Assembly: GCA_964652185.1 (NCBI GenBank)
Contig: CAZZDD010000004.1
Location: 258 to 64,257 of the forward strand
Source: an uncultured Candidatus Peribacteria bacterium
GTDB lineage: Bacteria > Patescibacteriota > Gracilibacteria > Peribacterales > Peribacteraceae
Direction: 5' to 3'
DNA length: 64,000 nt
The notes under the pieces are model-generated. The model was not told where the DNA came from. It searched no databases and worked only from the letters and a program-made list of their open reading frames with translations. The position numbers and the translations under genes were made by a program. Positions 45,697 through 54,560 of this stretch are shown one piece after another (within the stretch, counting starts at the first letter, position 1; each line of letters opens with the position of its first letter).

Positions 45697-46677
45697 GTGC
45701 GCTTAGAGTCTCGGTCGTGCAGGAACACGTCCGGTGTGCTTGCCCTGGAGATACGGAGGACTGGCGCGGTGGGAAGTGAATGGATTCGCGTTACACGGTC
45801 GCATCCGTGTCCGATTTGCGAGGGAACGACATGGTGTACGGTGTCTGGCGATGGCGCTGTGGTGCATTGCATGAGGGCGCAGTCGGACAAGTCGCTGGAG
45901 TCGGGTGGTTGGATTCATAAGGTAGGAGGCGCGAAAGTGATTGACTTCATCCGCGCAGAAAAGAAGTGCGAGCAGCGTCCGTTGATTCGGTGGTCAGAGG
46001 AGGCGCACCGGATGTACACGGCATCCAAGGCAAGCAGCACAAGGGTTGCACTGGCGCGGGAGCTTGGCGTGACCGTGGAGTCCTTGGAGCTGCTGAACGT
46101 CGGCTGGGGCGCTGACCGAGACGAGTTTGCGTCTTTCCCGATGCGTGATATGCGACAGCGTATTTGCGGAATTGTCCGGCGCTACTCAGACGGCGCAAAG
46201 AAGACCATGAAGTGGAGCCGGAACGGGTTGTTCCACGCAGAGAAGTACCTGGACTTCGGTGGTCCGATTCTGGTTGCCGAGGGAGGTAGCGACGTGGCGG
46301 CGCTTCTCAGCATGGGGTTGTGCGGAGTCGGCAGACCGAGCAACACGGGTGGCGTGCCGGCGCTGATTTCACTGCTGACACGTCCCGAAGCGCAAAAGCG
46401 AACGGTGTGGATTCTGGCCGAGCGAGATGAGAAACCAGACAGGCGAGGAAAGCGTGACTGGTGCCCGGCGAGTTGCACCGGCTGTGGATTGTGCTTCCCT
46501 GGATTGCACGGAGCCAAAGAGGTAGCCGCGCAACTGACCAAGGCGTTAGAGAAGAACGTGAGATACCGATTCCCGCCAGATGAAGCAAAGGACGTGAGAG
46601 CATGGATGAACGAGCACGGCTGCGACGGACGCCGCTTTCTCGCGGGACTAAGGGCCTCACCCGCAAGACCCCACTGA
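45697..46677 (+). CDS. Zinc-finger / Toprim DNA primase-like protein
   Basis: HPCPICEGTTWCTVSGDGAVVHC. Toprim-like ILVAEGGSDVAALL and ILAERDEKPD. Start uncertain (GTG at 45697 or 45769). Confidence 0.7.
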   Translation: MRLESRSCRNTSGVLALEIRRTGAVGSEWIRVTRSHPCPICEGTTWCTVSGDGAVVHCMRAQSDKSLESGGWIHKVGGAKVIDFIRAEKKCEQRPLIRWSEEAHRMYTASKASSTRVALARELGVTVESLELLNVGWGADRDEFASFPMRDMRQRICGIVRRYSDGAKKTMKWSRNGLFHAEKYLDFGGPILVAEGGSDVAALLSMGLCGVGRPSNTGGVPALISLLTRPEAQKRTVWILAERDEKPDRRGKRDWCPASCTGCGLCFPGLHGAKEVAAQLTKALEKNVRYRFPPDEAKDVRAWMNEHGCDGRRFLAGLRASPARPH

Positions 46678-47099
46678 AGCGAAAGCCGATGAAGCGGAAG
46701 CGACGGAAGGGGGATAAACCGGAGGTCAGATATGAGTTCATGGAGCGGCACCAAGCGTGCGCAGTGACATGGGCGAGAGCGGGACAGTTCGGCGTCGTGT
46801 TGCACTGCCACCATTTGGTAGCCGGCTCGGGAAGGAAAGACGATCCACGAAACCTGCTGTCAATCGAACAGTGGGTCCACGACCACTACCACTCAGGCGG
46901 CGCGTTAGACGAACACGGTGAGAGGCTGGATGATTTGACGCCGGGGCATTTGATGTGGGTGAAGCGGGAATGCGATTACGAACACTACGACGAAGTGTTC
47001 ATTTGCCAGTTGCTCGGGCGGGTTGATTTGCCCGACAGATGGCGGCCCGAGAAGCCGCCTGAGTGGGTTTTTCAAACGAGGGAAAGGAATCTGAGATGA
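46602..47099 (+). CDS. HNH-like endonuclease
   Basis: TRKTPLKRKPMKRKRRKG, then LHCHHLVAGSGRKDDPRNLLSIEQWVHDHYH. Start uncertain (46602 overlaps the primase gene; alternative ATG at 46689). Confidence 0.55.
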   Translation: MDERARLRRTPLSRGTKGLTRKTPLKRKPMKRKRRKGDKPEVRYEFMERHQACAVTWARAGQFGVVLHCHHLVAGSGRKDDPRNLLSIEQWVHDHYHSGGALDEHGERLDDLTPGHLMWVKRECDYEHYDEVFICQLLGRVDLPDRWRPEKPPEWVFQTRERNLR

Positions 47100-47251
47100 A
47101 ACTGTCGCGATCCGTTGAAACGCTCACACAAGCCTGCATCGCCATCGGAACTGTATTCCTGACGGTATGCGGGTGCGCGATGATGGCGGTGATTATCAAG
47201 GGCTGCGTTTGTGCGTTGCTCAATATCGACCCAGGACAAGGATGGGAATGA
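47096..47251 (+). CDS. Small TM protein (51 aa)
   Basis: ATGA overlaps at both ends. IAIGTVFLTVCGCAMMAVIIKGCVCALL. Confidence 0.35.
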   Translation: MKLSRSVETLTQACIAIGTVFLTVCGCAMMAVIIKGCVCALLNIDPGQGWE

Positions 47252-47727
47252 TGAACTACATCGGCATCGACCCAGGCAAGGGCGGCGGTCTGGCAATTCT
47301 GCGAGATGACGATAATCCAATTCTTTGCAAGCTGGAAAACCCCGCTGACGTGTGGGAATCGCTTGCGTTCGGCGGGTGGTATCTCGGGCCGGGAAGCGGG
47401 CACGCGATGATCGAGCAAATCTCCGTTCATGGGAAAATGCCTCCTGGAGCATTGGTCAGCATCGCCAAGCTGATGCGTCACCAGGGCATTATGATCGGAC
47501 TTGTTACCGCACTGAGGATTTCTTTTGAGCTTGTTGGACCGGCTGCATGGCAGCGGTCAATCGGCTGCCTCACAAAAGGCGACAAGAAGATCAGCTACCG
47601 CAAGGCGCAAGAATTGTTCCCTTGCGTCAAAGTGACTCACTGGAACGCCGACGCATTGCTGATCGCGGAGCACTGCCGGCGGACATGCAATCAGCGGAAC
47701 GGCGTCATTACCGGAGCCCCCAAGTGA
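47248..47727 (+). CDS. RuvC-like Holliday junction resolvase
   Basis: MMNYIGIDPGKGGGLAIL and the C-terminal HWNADALLIAEH. Confidence 0.75.
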   Translation: MMNYIGIDPGKGGGLAILRDDDNPILCKLENPADVWESLAFGGWYLGPGSGHAMIEQISVHGKMPPGALVSIAKLMRHQGIMIGLVTALRISFELVGPAAWQRSIGCLTKGDKKISYRKAQELFPCVKVTHWNADALLIAEHCRRTCNQRNGVITGAPK

Positions 47728-47755
47728 CCTTTGGCAGCGAGCGAGGAGTGGAAGG

Positions 47756-48598
47756 ATGAAGACCAAGGCAGTGGTCGAGTGTGCGGATTCCATCGAATGG
47801 CTCAAGGCGCAGCCTAGCAATAGCGTTGACCTCATCATCGGCAGCCCGCCGTACGCGCTCAAGACTGCACGGTATCCGGGCGCACGTCGAAAGATGACGG
47901 TTCACGAATGGATTGACTGGATGTGTGAAGCGACCGTTCAGTCGTCCAGGGTGAGTCGCGGATTCGTTGTCTGGATTGCGAACGGCTGCGTTCGCAACAG
48001 CAGATACCATCCAGCGTGCGAAGGCTTGGTGTGGAAGATGTACGACATCTACCAGATGTTCATCATAGGAGAGCGCTCTTGCATCTGGCACAAGAACGCG
48101 CCGCCCCAAAGAAACGGCAAGTGGTTTAGCAACGACTGGGAGTTCATCATGGCGTTCTACCGCGCAAACAAAGCCCCGCACTTTGATCCGAATGCCATCG
48201 CCCACGCGCCCAAGTTCACCAACGGCGGAGACTTTAATCAACGGACGGCGAACGGGTCGCGGCGTAAAGGCAGCAGCTACCCGCAGAACAAGCTGGCGAT
48301 GCCACGCGACGTGATTCGTGCGTTGGTTGGCGGCGGGCATATGGGCAGCAAGATTGCCCACGAGAACGAAGCGCCCTACCCCGAGGAACTGATCCGACCA
48401 TTCATTAAGGCGTGCTGCCCACCAGGCGGTATCGTCGCGGACTGCTTTAGCGGCAGCGGCACAACCGCAGCCGTGGCGATTCAGGAAGGCCGCTCGTTCG
48501 TCGGATGCGACGTCCGACAGGACCAAGTCGAGTTGACCATGCGGAGGATTGAGGAAGCCCGTAAACAGCGGCAGCCAGAGCCGTGCGATGCTCCGTAG
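47756..48598 (+). CDS. DNA methyltransferase (N6A/N4C type, SPPY motif)
   Basis: DLIIGSPPYAL and ADCFSGSGTTAAVAIQEGRSFVGCD. Confidence 0.85.
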   Translation: MKTKAVVECADSIEWLKAQPSNSVDLIIGSPPYALKTARYPGARRKMTVHEWIDWMCEATVQSSRVSRGFVVWIANGCVRNSRYHPACEGLVWKMYDIYQMFIIGERSCIWHKNAPPQRNGKWFSNDWEFIMAFYRANKAPHFDPNAIAHAPKFTNGGDFNQRTANGSRRKGSSYPQNKLAMPRDVIRALVGGGHMGSKIAHENEAPYPEELIRPFIKACCPPGGIVADCFSGSGTTAAVAIQEGRSFVGCDVRQDQVELTMRRIEEARKQRQPEPCDAP

Positions 48599-48726
48599 CG
48601 GGCAGAGCGAGCCGAAAGGCACTGGCGGTGAGTCCGTAGAGCCGCACCACTGGCATGACATCCGAGGGCACCGCGTCCAGCCCTTGCAATCACGGACGGA
48701 CGCTCAACAAACAAGGAGAACGAACC

Positions 48727-49170
48727 ATGTGCTTCTACAACGAATCCGACTGGTGCGCCGAACTTCACGACGAGTTTCACTCCATCGCTGAGTCAAACTG
48801 CAAATGTTTCGAGTGCAACCGAACTATCTTCGCCGGCGAATGGCGACATCGCATCGAGCAGCAAGAGTACGAGGGCTGCCAGGATTGCGATGAACTTGGC
48901 GATGATGATGATTGCTGCGACGGCCAGCACAACTACGGCGAGACGTTCGATTGCGACATCTGCCGCGAGTGTTCGCTGCTGTTGGAAGCCATTTACGACC
49001 TGGAGCGCATCGAAGGATGCCCGGAGCATGCGCGGCAACCGAGCTACGGAGAACTCGGCGACGTGCTCTGGGACGAACCGCACTACTGGAGGCACGCGAT
49101 CGAACGGTTTCCTGGGCTGATTGCCAGCAATGCGTATCGAAGGTGGACGCCGGATTTTGCGGAAGCATGA
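48727..49170 (+). CDS. Cys-rich acidic hypothetical protein
   Basis: CKCFECNRT...CQDCDELGDDDDCCDGQH...CDICRECS. Confidence 0.45.
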   Translation: MCFYNESDWCAELHDEFHSIAESNCKCFECNRTIFAGEWRHRIEQQEYEGCQDCDELGDDDDCCDGQHNYGETFDCDICRECSLLLEAIYDLERIEGCPEHARQPSYGELGDVLWDEPHYWRHAIERFPGLIASNAYRRWTPDFAEA

Positions 49171-49203
49171 GTTGGACAACCTCAAGAACGAAAGGGATGG
49201 CGG

Positions 49204-49962
49204 ATGAGTAGCGAGACATATCAACCAAGCGACCACGCAGACGCAATCGCCAACGAAGTCCAGCGGAGATTCCGCGAGAAGACGCCGCTAGACTTCGCCC
49301 AATGCGTCGATGCGCTGAACGGATTCATGGAGTTCGTCGATGCAGAATTTGCAGAGGCATCCGCACTGCTCCGCGCCCGCATCGCGGAACTGGAGGCGGA
49401 GAACGCTGCCCAGCGGGGAGAGGTGGAGCGGCTGAAAGAAGAGAACGCCGACCTTCGACAACACTTCCGCGACGGCGAACGCGCGTTCGAGCAGTTCCTT
49501 GAAGCTCAGACAGCAATCGCTGCCCTGACCGCGAGGCTGGATGCGGCGGAGACGGAGAAGGACGCCGAGATTGAGCGGCTGCAAGAACGTTCCAAGCGCC
49601 CAAATTGTCCGCACTGCATGTACGGAAAGCTGTCATTGCATGGCGACGAAGAGGCTTGCGACCGCTGCAATGCAGCCAGTACACCCGAGATTCACGACAC
49701 GACCGTAGAAGAACTGCAAAAGCAAATCTCCGCCAAGGACGCGATGCTGGCGGCGGCAAGGGAGTTCAAGTTTGGCAGCGTCTATTTCCAAGACTGGGGA
49801 CCGGATGGCTCTCCGGCGTGGTCAGTTGAGCGAGACGATGAGTTTCTGAAAGTCGGCGGTAGCGACGACCCAGACGCGCCAAACGTTGAAGCAAAGACCT
49901 TCGACGAAGCCTACCAAGCCGCCCTAGCCGCCGGCTGGCTGAGCCAGGAAGCGCAACACTAA
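49204..49962 (+). CDS. Coiled-coil protein with an internal zinc ribbon
   Basis: Long heptad segments. NCPHCMYGKLSLHGDEEACDRCN. Confidence 0.5.
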   Translation: MSSETYQPSDHADAIANEVQRRFREKTPLDFAQCVDALNGFMEFVDAEFAEASALLRARIAELEAENAAQRGEVERLKEENADLRQHFRDGERAFEQFLEAQTAIAALTARLDAAETEKDAEIERLQERSKRPNCPHCMYGKLSLHGDEEACDRCNAASTPEIHDTTVEELQKQISAKDAMLAAAREFKFGSVYFQDWGPDGSPAWSVERDDEFLKVGGSDDPDAPNVEAKTFDEAYQAALAAGWLSQEAQH

Positions 49963-49992
49963 CGCCGCCTACACGATGAGGAGGGAAAACGG

Positions 49993-50232
49993 ATGATGGA
50001 CTGGCCTGCACTTGCGGTTGCTTCCGCCATTGTTGGATGGGGGCTTGCGCTGGCCGCGCTATTTCAAATCGGTGACTACAGGCGCAACATCGCCAGCCTG
50101 TGGACGAGAGTCTGCAACGCCGAGCATTCAACTCAGTGCTACAAGGAAAGGTGCGAGCAACTTCAGCGCGAACTCGCCCTCTACGGCAGCGTGGCGCAGA
50201 AACAACAACCACCAACCGGAGCCGCCCCATGA
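49993..50232 (+). CDS. Small TM protein
   Basis: MMDWPALAVASAIVGWGLALAALFQIG. Confidence 0.4.
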   Translation: MMDWPALAVASAIVGWGLALAALFQIGDYRRNIASLWTRVCNAEHSTQCYKERCEQLQRELALYGSVAQKQQPPTGAAP

Positions 50233-50492
50233 CGCCGAGTGAGATTGCCAGGCAGATCGCGGAGAAGATTTGCCTTGGACTCGATTGGGAGGGATGCAAT
50301 CGCGTCTACGAAATTGACAAGGCAGCCGCCATCATCGAGCCGGAGGTGCGGGAGCTGGTGGAGGAGAACGAGAGGCTGAGGAAGCTGGTTGAAATTTTGC
50401 AAGAAATCAAGTCACTGGCGGAGCGTGAGACAACAATGCTTCGCCTCGCCCTGACCCAACCCAAGGAGCCCGAGCAATGCGTGACCTGGTGA
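50229..50492 (+). CDS. Hypothetical protein
   Basis: ATGA overlap. 87 aa. Confidence 0.4.
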   Translation: MTPSEIARQIAEKICLGLDWEGCNRVYEIDKAAAIIEPEVRELVEENERLRKLVEILQEIKSLAERETTMLRLALTQPKEPEQCVTW

Positions 50493-50809
50493 GTGGCGAA
50501 CGTCTGGAGGAACTGATTTCCTCCGACATCGCCTGGCGAGACGAAAGCGGCGAACTCGATAGCGAAGAACGCCGGTGGTATGACAATCGGATTGCGGCGC
50601 TGACCGAACTCCGCGAGATGCGGAAGGTGCTGGGGGCGCTGGAGGAAACCGCACGGCGCGACAGCGTAATGATTATGCAGTCGTGCCCCAACCCAGAAGA
50701 ATGGTCGATTGGCGTTGACCACGATCAAACGTGTTGCCCTTCTCGCACATTCTTTGGCGACTCTCTCCTCTCCGCCCTCGCCGCTCTTGTCGAAAGGGGT
50801 GAAGCGTGA
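50477..50809 (+). CDS. Hypothetical protein
   Basis: 110 aa. Confidence 0.4.
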   Translation: MRDLVSGERLEELISSDIAWRDESGELDSEERRWYDNRIAALTELREMRKVLGALEETARRDSVMIMQSCPNPEEWSIGVDHDQTCCPSRTFFGDSLLSALAALVERGEA

Positions 50810-51183
50810 CGGACAAGGAACGAAAGGCGTGGCTGGACGGGCTGATGGCTGAGGAGGTAGTCGCCATCAAGTCCGGTGGGTACGACCGAACGTATCGGTT
50901 GTCCGCGATCGACAAGGTTACGGCAACTCAAATCGTCGTTGGAAAGTACCGCTACCGAAAAAGCGACGGTCGGGCGATGGGAGGAAACTACTCGCCGTAC
51001 AGCGGACGTGAAGAGATTGTTCCAGTCACCGATGAAGTTCGCGAAAAGCTGGACAGAGCGCAGTTCGCATCTGCGTTCTACGACTACCGCAAATTGTCAC
51101 AAGAACTCCCCATCACCACAGTCCGCCGCATCCTGGCGGTGCTGAAGGAAGCCAACGAGGAAGGAAAGGAGAGCAAGCAATGA
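50806..51183 (+). CDS. Hypothetical protein
   Basis: GTGA overlap. 125 aa. Confidence 0.45.
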   Translation: MTDKERKAWLDGLMAEEVVAIKSGGYDRTYRLSAIDKVTATQIVVGKYRYRKSDGRAMGGNYSPYSGREEIVPVTDEVREKLDRAQFASAFYDYRKLSQELPITTVRRILAVLKEANEEGKESKQ

Positions 51184-51644
51184 CGTTTGATGAATATCAG
51201 ATTCAGGCAGCGACCTTCGCGATCTACCCCAAGGACCGCGAACGCGAGTACCTGTCGCTCGGGCTGCTGAGCGAAGTGGGGGAGCTGGCTGGCAAGGTCA
51301 AGAAGGAAATCCGCGATGGCGTGGATTTGACCGAGGCGATTCTGGATGAGGCAGGCGATATCGCATGGTACTGCGCGATGCTCTGTCTTCACTTCAAATG
51401 GAAGTGCGGTTTTGTCAAGAACGCTTTCGTGAATCGTGTTGCTACGGACTTTGGCTTGATTTGCGAGATGATTCCGGCGGAGCCATGGCATCACCCGTGG
51501 CAGATGAATCGCGTCATGTTCTGCCTGCTGGAAGTAGTCGAACGGCGAGGCTACACCATCGAAGCTGTGATGGCCCGCAACATCGCCAAGCTGACCGACC
51601 GCAAGAACCGCGACAAGCTGGGAGGCTCCGGCGATGCCAGATGA
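51180..51644 (+). CDS. mazG: MazG-like nucleoside triphosphate pyrophosphohydrolase
   Basis: FDEYQIQAATFAIYP...LGLLSEVGELAGKVKKEIRDG...DEAGDIAWY. Confidence 0.75.
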   Translation: MTFDEYQIQAATFAIYPKDREREYLSLGLLSEVGELAGKVKKEIRDGVDLTEAILDEAGDIAWYCAMLCLHFKWKCGFVKNAFVNRVATDFGLICEMIPAEPWHHPWQMNRVMFCLLEVVERRGYTIEAVMARNIAKLTDRKNRDKLGGSGDAR

Positions 51645-51849
51645 AACGACCGTAGAACTGACGCCGGAAGCATTCCGCAAGCTCATGGACAACCCCGAGT
51701 TCGTGCGCCGGATGCTGTTCAGCATGGAACTAGACAAGCTGCTCGCCAAGCATTTTGGCGACAGAAAACTGAAGACATGCGAAATCACGGCGCTCGTGCA
51801 TCACACGGATGAACTTGTGAAATGGTGGAGGAGTTGCGATGCCCGTTAA
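51634..51849 (+). CDS. Hypothetical protein
   Basis: 71 aa. Confidence 0.4.
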   Translation: MPDETTVELTPEAFRKLMDNPEFVRRMLFSMELDKLLAKHFGDRKLKTCEITALVHHTDELVKWWRSCDAR

Positions 51850-52192
51850 AACATGCGAACTCTGCGGGCGCTTGCTCGCCAACTGGCGACACGGCCAACG
51901 CTACTGCCAACTGCCAAGGACATGCCAACAAGTCGCCTCGAAGCGTCGCCGCCAAGAGCGAGAGAACCGACTGAAAGCGGCCGGACTCTGGAATCGCTGC
52001 CAAGTTTGCGGCAAGCGAGCCTCAAACGCTGGGGCGAAGTATTGCGGCCCAGTGCGCCAGGGGCTTGGCATGGAGCTGACGATGCGGAACGACCCGCCTG
52101 AAGAGTACATGGCGGAGATTGCTGAACGGGCGCGGCGTTGCAAGCTCGCCCACTACGCCGCAATGGGCTGTACCTACGGCGGGCCGGATTAG
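51839..52192 (+). CDS. Zinc-finger protein
   Basis: CELCGR...YCQLPRTC...CQVCGKRASNAGAKYC. Confidence 0.45.
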   Translation: MPVKTCELCGRLLANWRHGQRYCQLPRTCQQVASKRRRQERENRLKAAGLWNRCQVCGKRASNAGAKYCGPVRQGLGMELTMRNDPPEEYMAEIAERARRCKLAHYAAMGCTYGGPD

Positions 52193-52214
52193 GAAACCAC
52201 GAAAGGAGCGATCG

Positions 52215-52475
52215 ATGCCACGCTACCGAAGGAAACCGGAAGAGGTTGAAGCGATCCAGTACACGGCGGAGACGTGCAAGTCGATTCACGCGATGCTGGG
52301 CGAGCCCCACCCGGAATCGCCGGATGATCCGTGCGGCACGGTCGCGTTGTATGTGCCGAACGCCATTGGCTGGAACTTTTTGGGACCTGGGGAGTATCTG
52401 GTCAAGCTCGGCGGCGGAGTGTTTGCCGTCATGTACCCGGACGATTTCCACCACAAGTACGAACCGATTGTTTGA
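52215..52475 (+). CDS. Hypothetical protein
   Basis: GGAG RBS. 86 aa. Confidence 0.45.
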   Translation: MPRYRRKPEEVEAIQYTAETCKSIHAMLGEPHPESPDDPCGTVALYVPNAIGWNFLGPGEYLVKLGGGVFAVMYPDDFHHKYEPIV

Positions 52476-52504
52476 GCGGAAACCAATTCACGAAAGGAAT
52501 CGCA

Positions 52505-52687
52505 ATGCTGGTGATCGGCCGCAAGCAAGGGGAAACGATCGTTCTGGACGGGGAGATTACCATCACGCTGGTACGCACAGGCCACGGCAGGACGCGCATC
52601 GGCATCGACGCGCCGGCGCACGTGAAAGTCGTGCGTGGCGAGCTGCTACGGCAGAAGCCAAAAGGCGGTGACGCCAAAATTGCTTGA
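52505..52687 (+). CDS. csrA: CsrA/RsmA-family RNA-binding translational regulator
   Basis: MLVIGRKQGETIVLDGEITITLVRTGHGRTRIGIDAPAHVKVVRGELL is colinear with E. coli CsrA ([47 protein letters not shown]). 60 aa. Confidence 0.8.
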   Translation: MLVIGRKQGETIVLDGEITITLVRTGHGRTRIGIDAPAHVKVVRGELLRQKPKGGDAKIA

Positions 52688-52755
52688 AACAAGTGGCGCA
52701 ATCTGGTAGGATTCTTTGCGTTGACAACCGAATACCACCTCGCGGAATGCGAGCG

Positions 52756-52812
52756 AAAAGGTGCTGAGCACCCCCAAAACCCACGGGGATGTTACGCACC
52801 TTTTTTCGTTTT
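52756..52812 (+). terminator. Rho-independent terminator after csrA
   Basis: AAAAGGTGC (52756-52764) pairs with GCACCTTTT (52796-52804), with an inner CCCC/GGGG stem. T-tract TTTTTTCGTTTT. Confidence 0.65.
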
Positions 52813-52851
52813 GATACGGCAAAAAACTACTTCTGGAAAAGGGGTTGGCGA

Positions 52852-53217
52852 ATGAGCGAAGCAGCGGAAGTGCAAGAGCTGTCCCTGCCGGATGGCTTCG
52901 GGATGGACGACCTCTACGAGTGGGGCGTCTGGGCTGCAAAGCACGCTGGCGACGTGGACGACGTGATCGCGGCGGCTTCCGAATGGGCCAGTGTCCCAGC
53001 CATCCCGATTCGCCCGAAGTGGACGGTCACGAAGACCTCCGGCGATACGATCGTCGCCGTGATTGAAGACGCCCCGCCGTTCGTGGAGTCGATGACGACT
53101 GGAACGACCCGCGAGCAGTTGGTGGCGGAAGTGATTAAGTGGGGGCCGGCTGCGTATCGGCTGTTCAAAGCCCTGCCCGAGATTCGCCGGTTCATCAAGG
53201 AAGTCTTCGGGGTCTAG
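52852..53217 (+). CDS. Hypothetical protein
   Basis: 121 aa. First gene after the terminator. Confidence 0.45.
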   Translation: MSEAAEVQELSLPDGFGMDDLYEWGVWAAKHAGDVDDVIAAASEWASVPAIPIRPKWTVTKTSGDTIVAVIEDAPPFVESMTTGTTREQLVAEVIKWGPAAYRLFKALPEIRRFIKEVFGV

Positions 53218-53218
53218 C

Positions 53219-53920
53219 ATGGTCACGCTGACTGACGGAACCGAAGTGCAAATGTGCGGCGTGGCGCAGTCGCTCGGCGGCAACGGAAAGTTCTGCCGCT
53301 GGCCGGGCGACGACCTGCGCTACTGCATCCGGGACCAGCATCCGTTGGTCGAGAAGACCGTCTGGGAAGGGGAAATCGAGTGGGCGTTGGGTGTGCTTTC
53401 CGCCGCGTTCCAACTCAACTTTGAGCGGACGGACGACGCCAGAAACGCCCATATCGTGTACACCGTGGCGAATCTCGGCGGCCCCGGTGGCGTACTTGCC
53501 GACGCGATGCTCGTTCCATGTGGGGTGCGGAGGAACGACGACTTCCAGAGCATCGTCCGCGTGGACGCCCTTGATCGCTACGCCGCTGAGGACAAGTCCC
53601 GCATCGGCATGGGGTTCGACCTCGGCGAAGTGCTGTTGCATGAAGACGAACACGTTTTAGGGCTGGGCCATATCACGACGCCGGGCGTGCTGGCTTTGCT
53701 CAATCCTCGGTACAACCCTGCGATCAGTGGCTTGCAGCCGGCGGACATCGAAGCGTTGCTTGGCGTTGGCTACCGACGCCGCGCCAAGCCGCCAGTTCCG
53801 CCCACAACGCCACCAAGTGCCCCAGAATCGCCGCTCGCAAGGATCGTGGATTACCGCTACCTGCCGCCCGGCGCAACGTACAAGAGCGATAAACGAACAT
53901 GGCTGCTGTGTGAGCAATGA
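53219..53920 (+). CDS. Matrixin-like (M10/metzincin) zinc metallopeptidase
   Basis: HEDEHVLGLGH matches HExxHxxGxxH. It is followed by ALLNPRY where matrixins have the ALMYP Met-turn. Upstream NAHIVYTVANLGGPGGVLADAMLVP is also matrixin-like. Confidence 0.75.
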   Translation: MVTLTDGTEVQMCGVAQSLGGNGKFCRWPGDDLRYCIRDQHPLVEKTVWEGEIEWALGVLSAAFQLNFERTDDARNAHIVYTVANLGGPGGVLADAMLVPCGVRRNDDFQSIVRVDALDRYAAEDKSRIGMGFDLGEVLLHEDEHVLGLGHITTPGVLALLNPRYNPAISGLQPADIEALLGVGYRRRAKPPVPPTTPPSAPESPLARIVDYRYLPPGATYKSDKRTWLLCEQ

Positions 53921-54255
53921 AATACGCCGCCCTCCTGCTGATCCTCTCCGTCGTCCAGTTTCCGAAACAGACGGTCTACGTGGACATCTTGGAGGCGAAC
54001 CACTACTCGAAAACGAACACACAACTAATCGCGTGGGAGATTCGGGAAGGGCAGCCTTACAACTACCCAACGGACTGGACAACGACGGTTTGCGGATCGT
54101 GGGATAACGGAGCCTGGCACGACAAGAACGGCAAGACAATCGTGGCTCGGCAGTACGTGGAGACGTGGACGGAGCACGACCCGGAGCGGCGGGCTTTCCA
54201 GTGGTGGCGAGCAAATGGGGAGAGTAAGCGTCAGTGTGGCATCTGGAAGGAATAG
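53917..54255 (+). CDS. Secreted hypothetical protein
   Basis: Signal-like MKYAALLLILSVVQF. Trp-rich. ATGA overlap. Confidence 0.45.
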   Translation: MKYAALLLILSVVQFPKQTVYVDILEANHYSKTNTQLIAWEIREGQPYNYPTDWTTTVCGSWDNGAWHDKNGKTIVARQYVETWTEHDPERRAFQWWRANGESKRQCGIWKE

Positions 54256-54257
54256 CC

Positions 54258-54551
54258 ATGTGTCGTAGGCGTGAGGGTGAAATCTGGCTCGGAAATGATG
54301 GGAAGGTCCGCAAGTTCTCGCGAGGAGTCACGTTCGTTTTCATTCAGTGCGACACCTGCGGTGATGAGGGGTTTTACACCGAGTCAAGCCTGTCTGGCGG
54401 GGTTAACAGGTGCCTGGATTGCAAGCGCAGCATGTCAGAAGGATGCAACAACGGGAATGTTTCTGAGCCGGCAAGCGAGAGAGTGTACAACGGATGCCCA
54501 GTCAACAATGACTACCCAATTACGCCGATGCTGACAAAGCCACACCTGTAG
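54258..54551 (+). CDS. Small Cys-containing protein
   Basis: FIQCDTCGDEGF...NRCLDCKRS. Confidence 0.4.
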   Translation: MCRRREGEIWLGNDGKVRKFSRGVTFVFIQCDTCGDEGFYTESSLSGGVNRCLDCKRSMSEGCNNGNVSEPASERVYNGCPVNNDYPITPMLTKPHL

Positions 54552-54560
54552 GCCAATCCC

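Noticed and set aside
45371-45890. - strand ORFs 45411-45890 and 45371-45634 in the gap upstream of the primase gene
   Set aside because: Their translations are Pro/Arg/Ser/Ala-rich without motifs, and they partly overlap the primase N-terminus. They were treated as non-coding.
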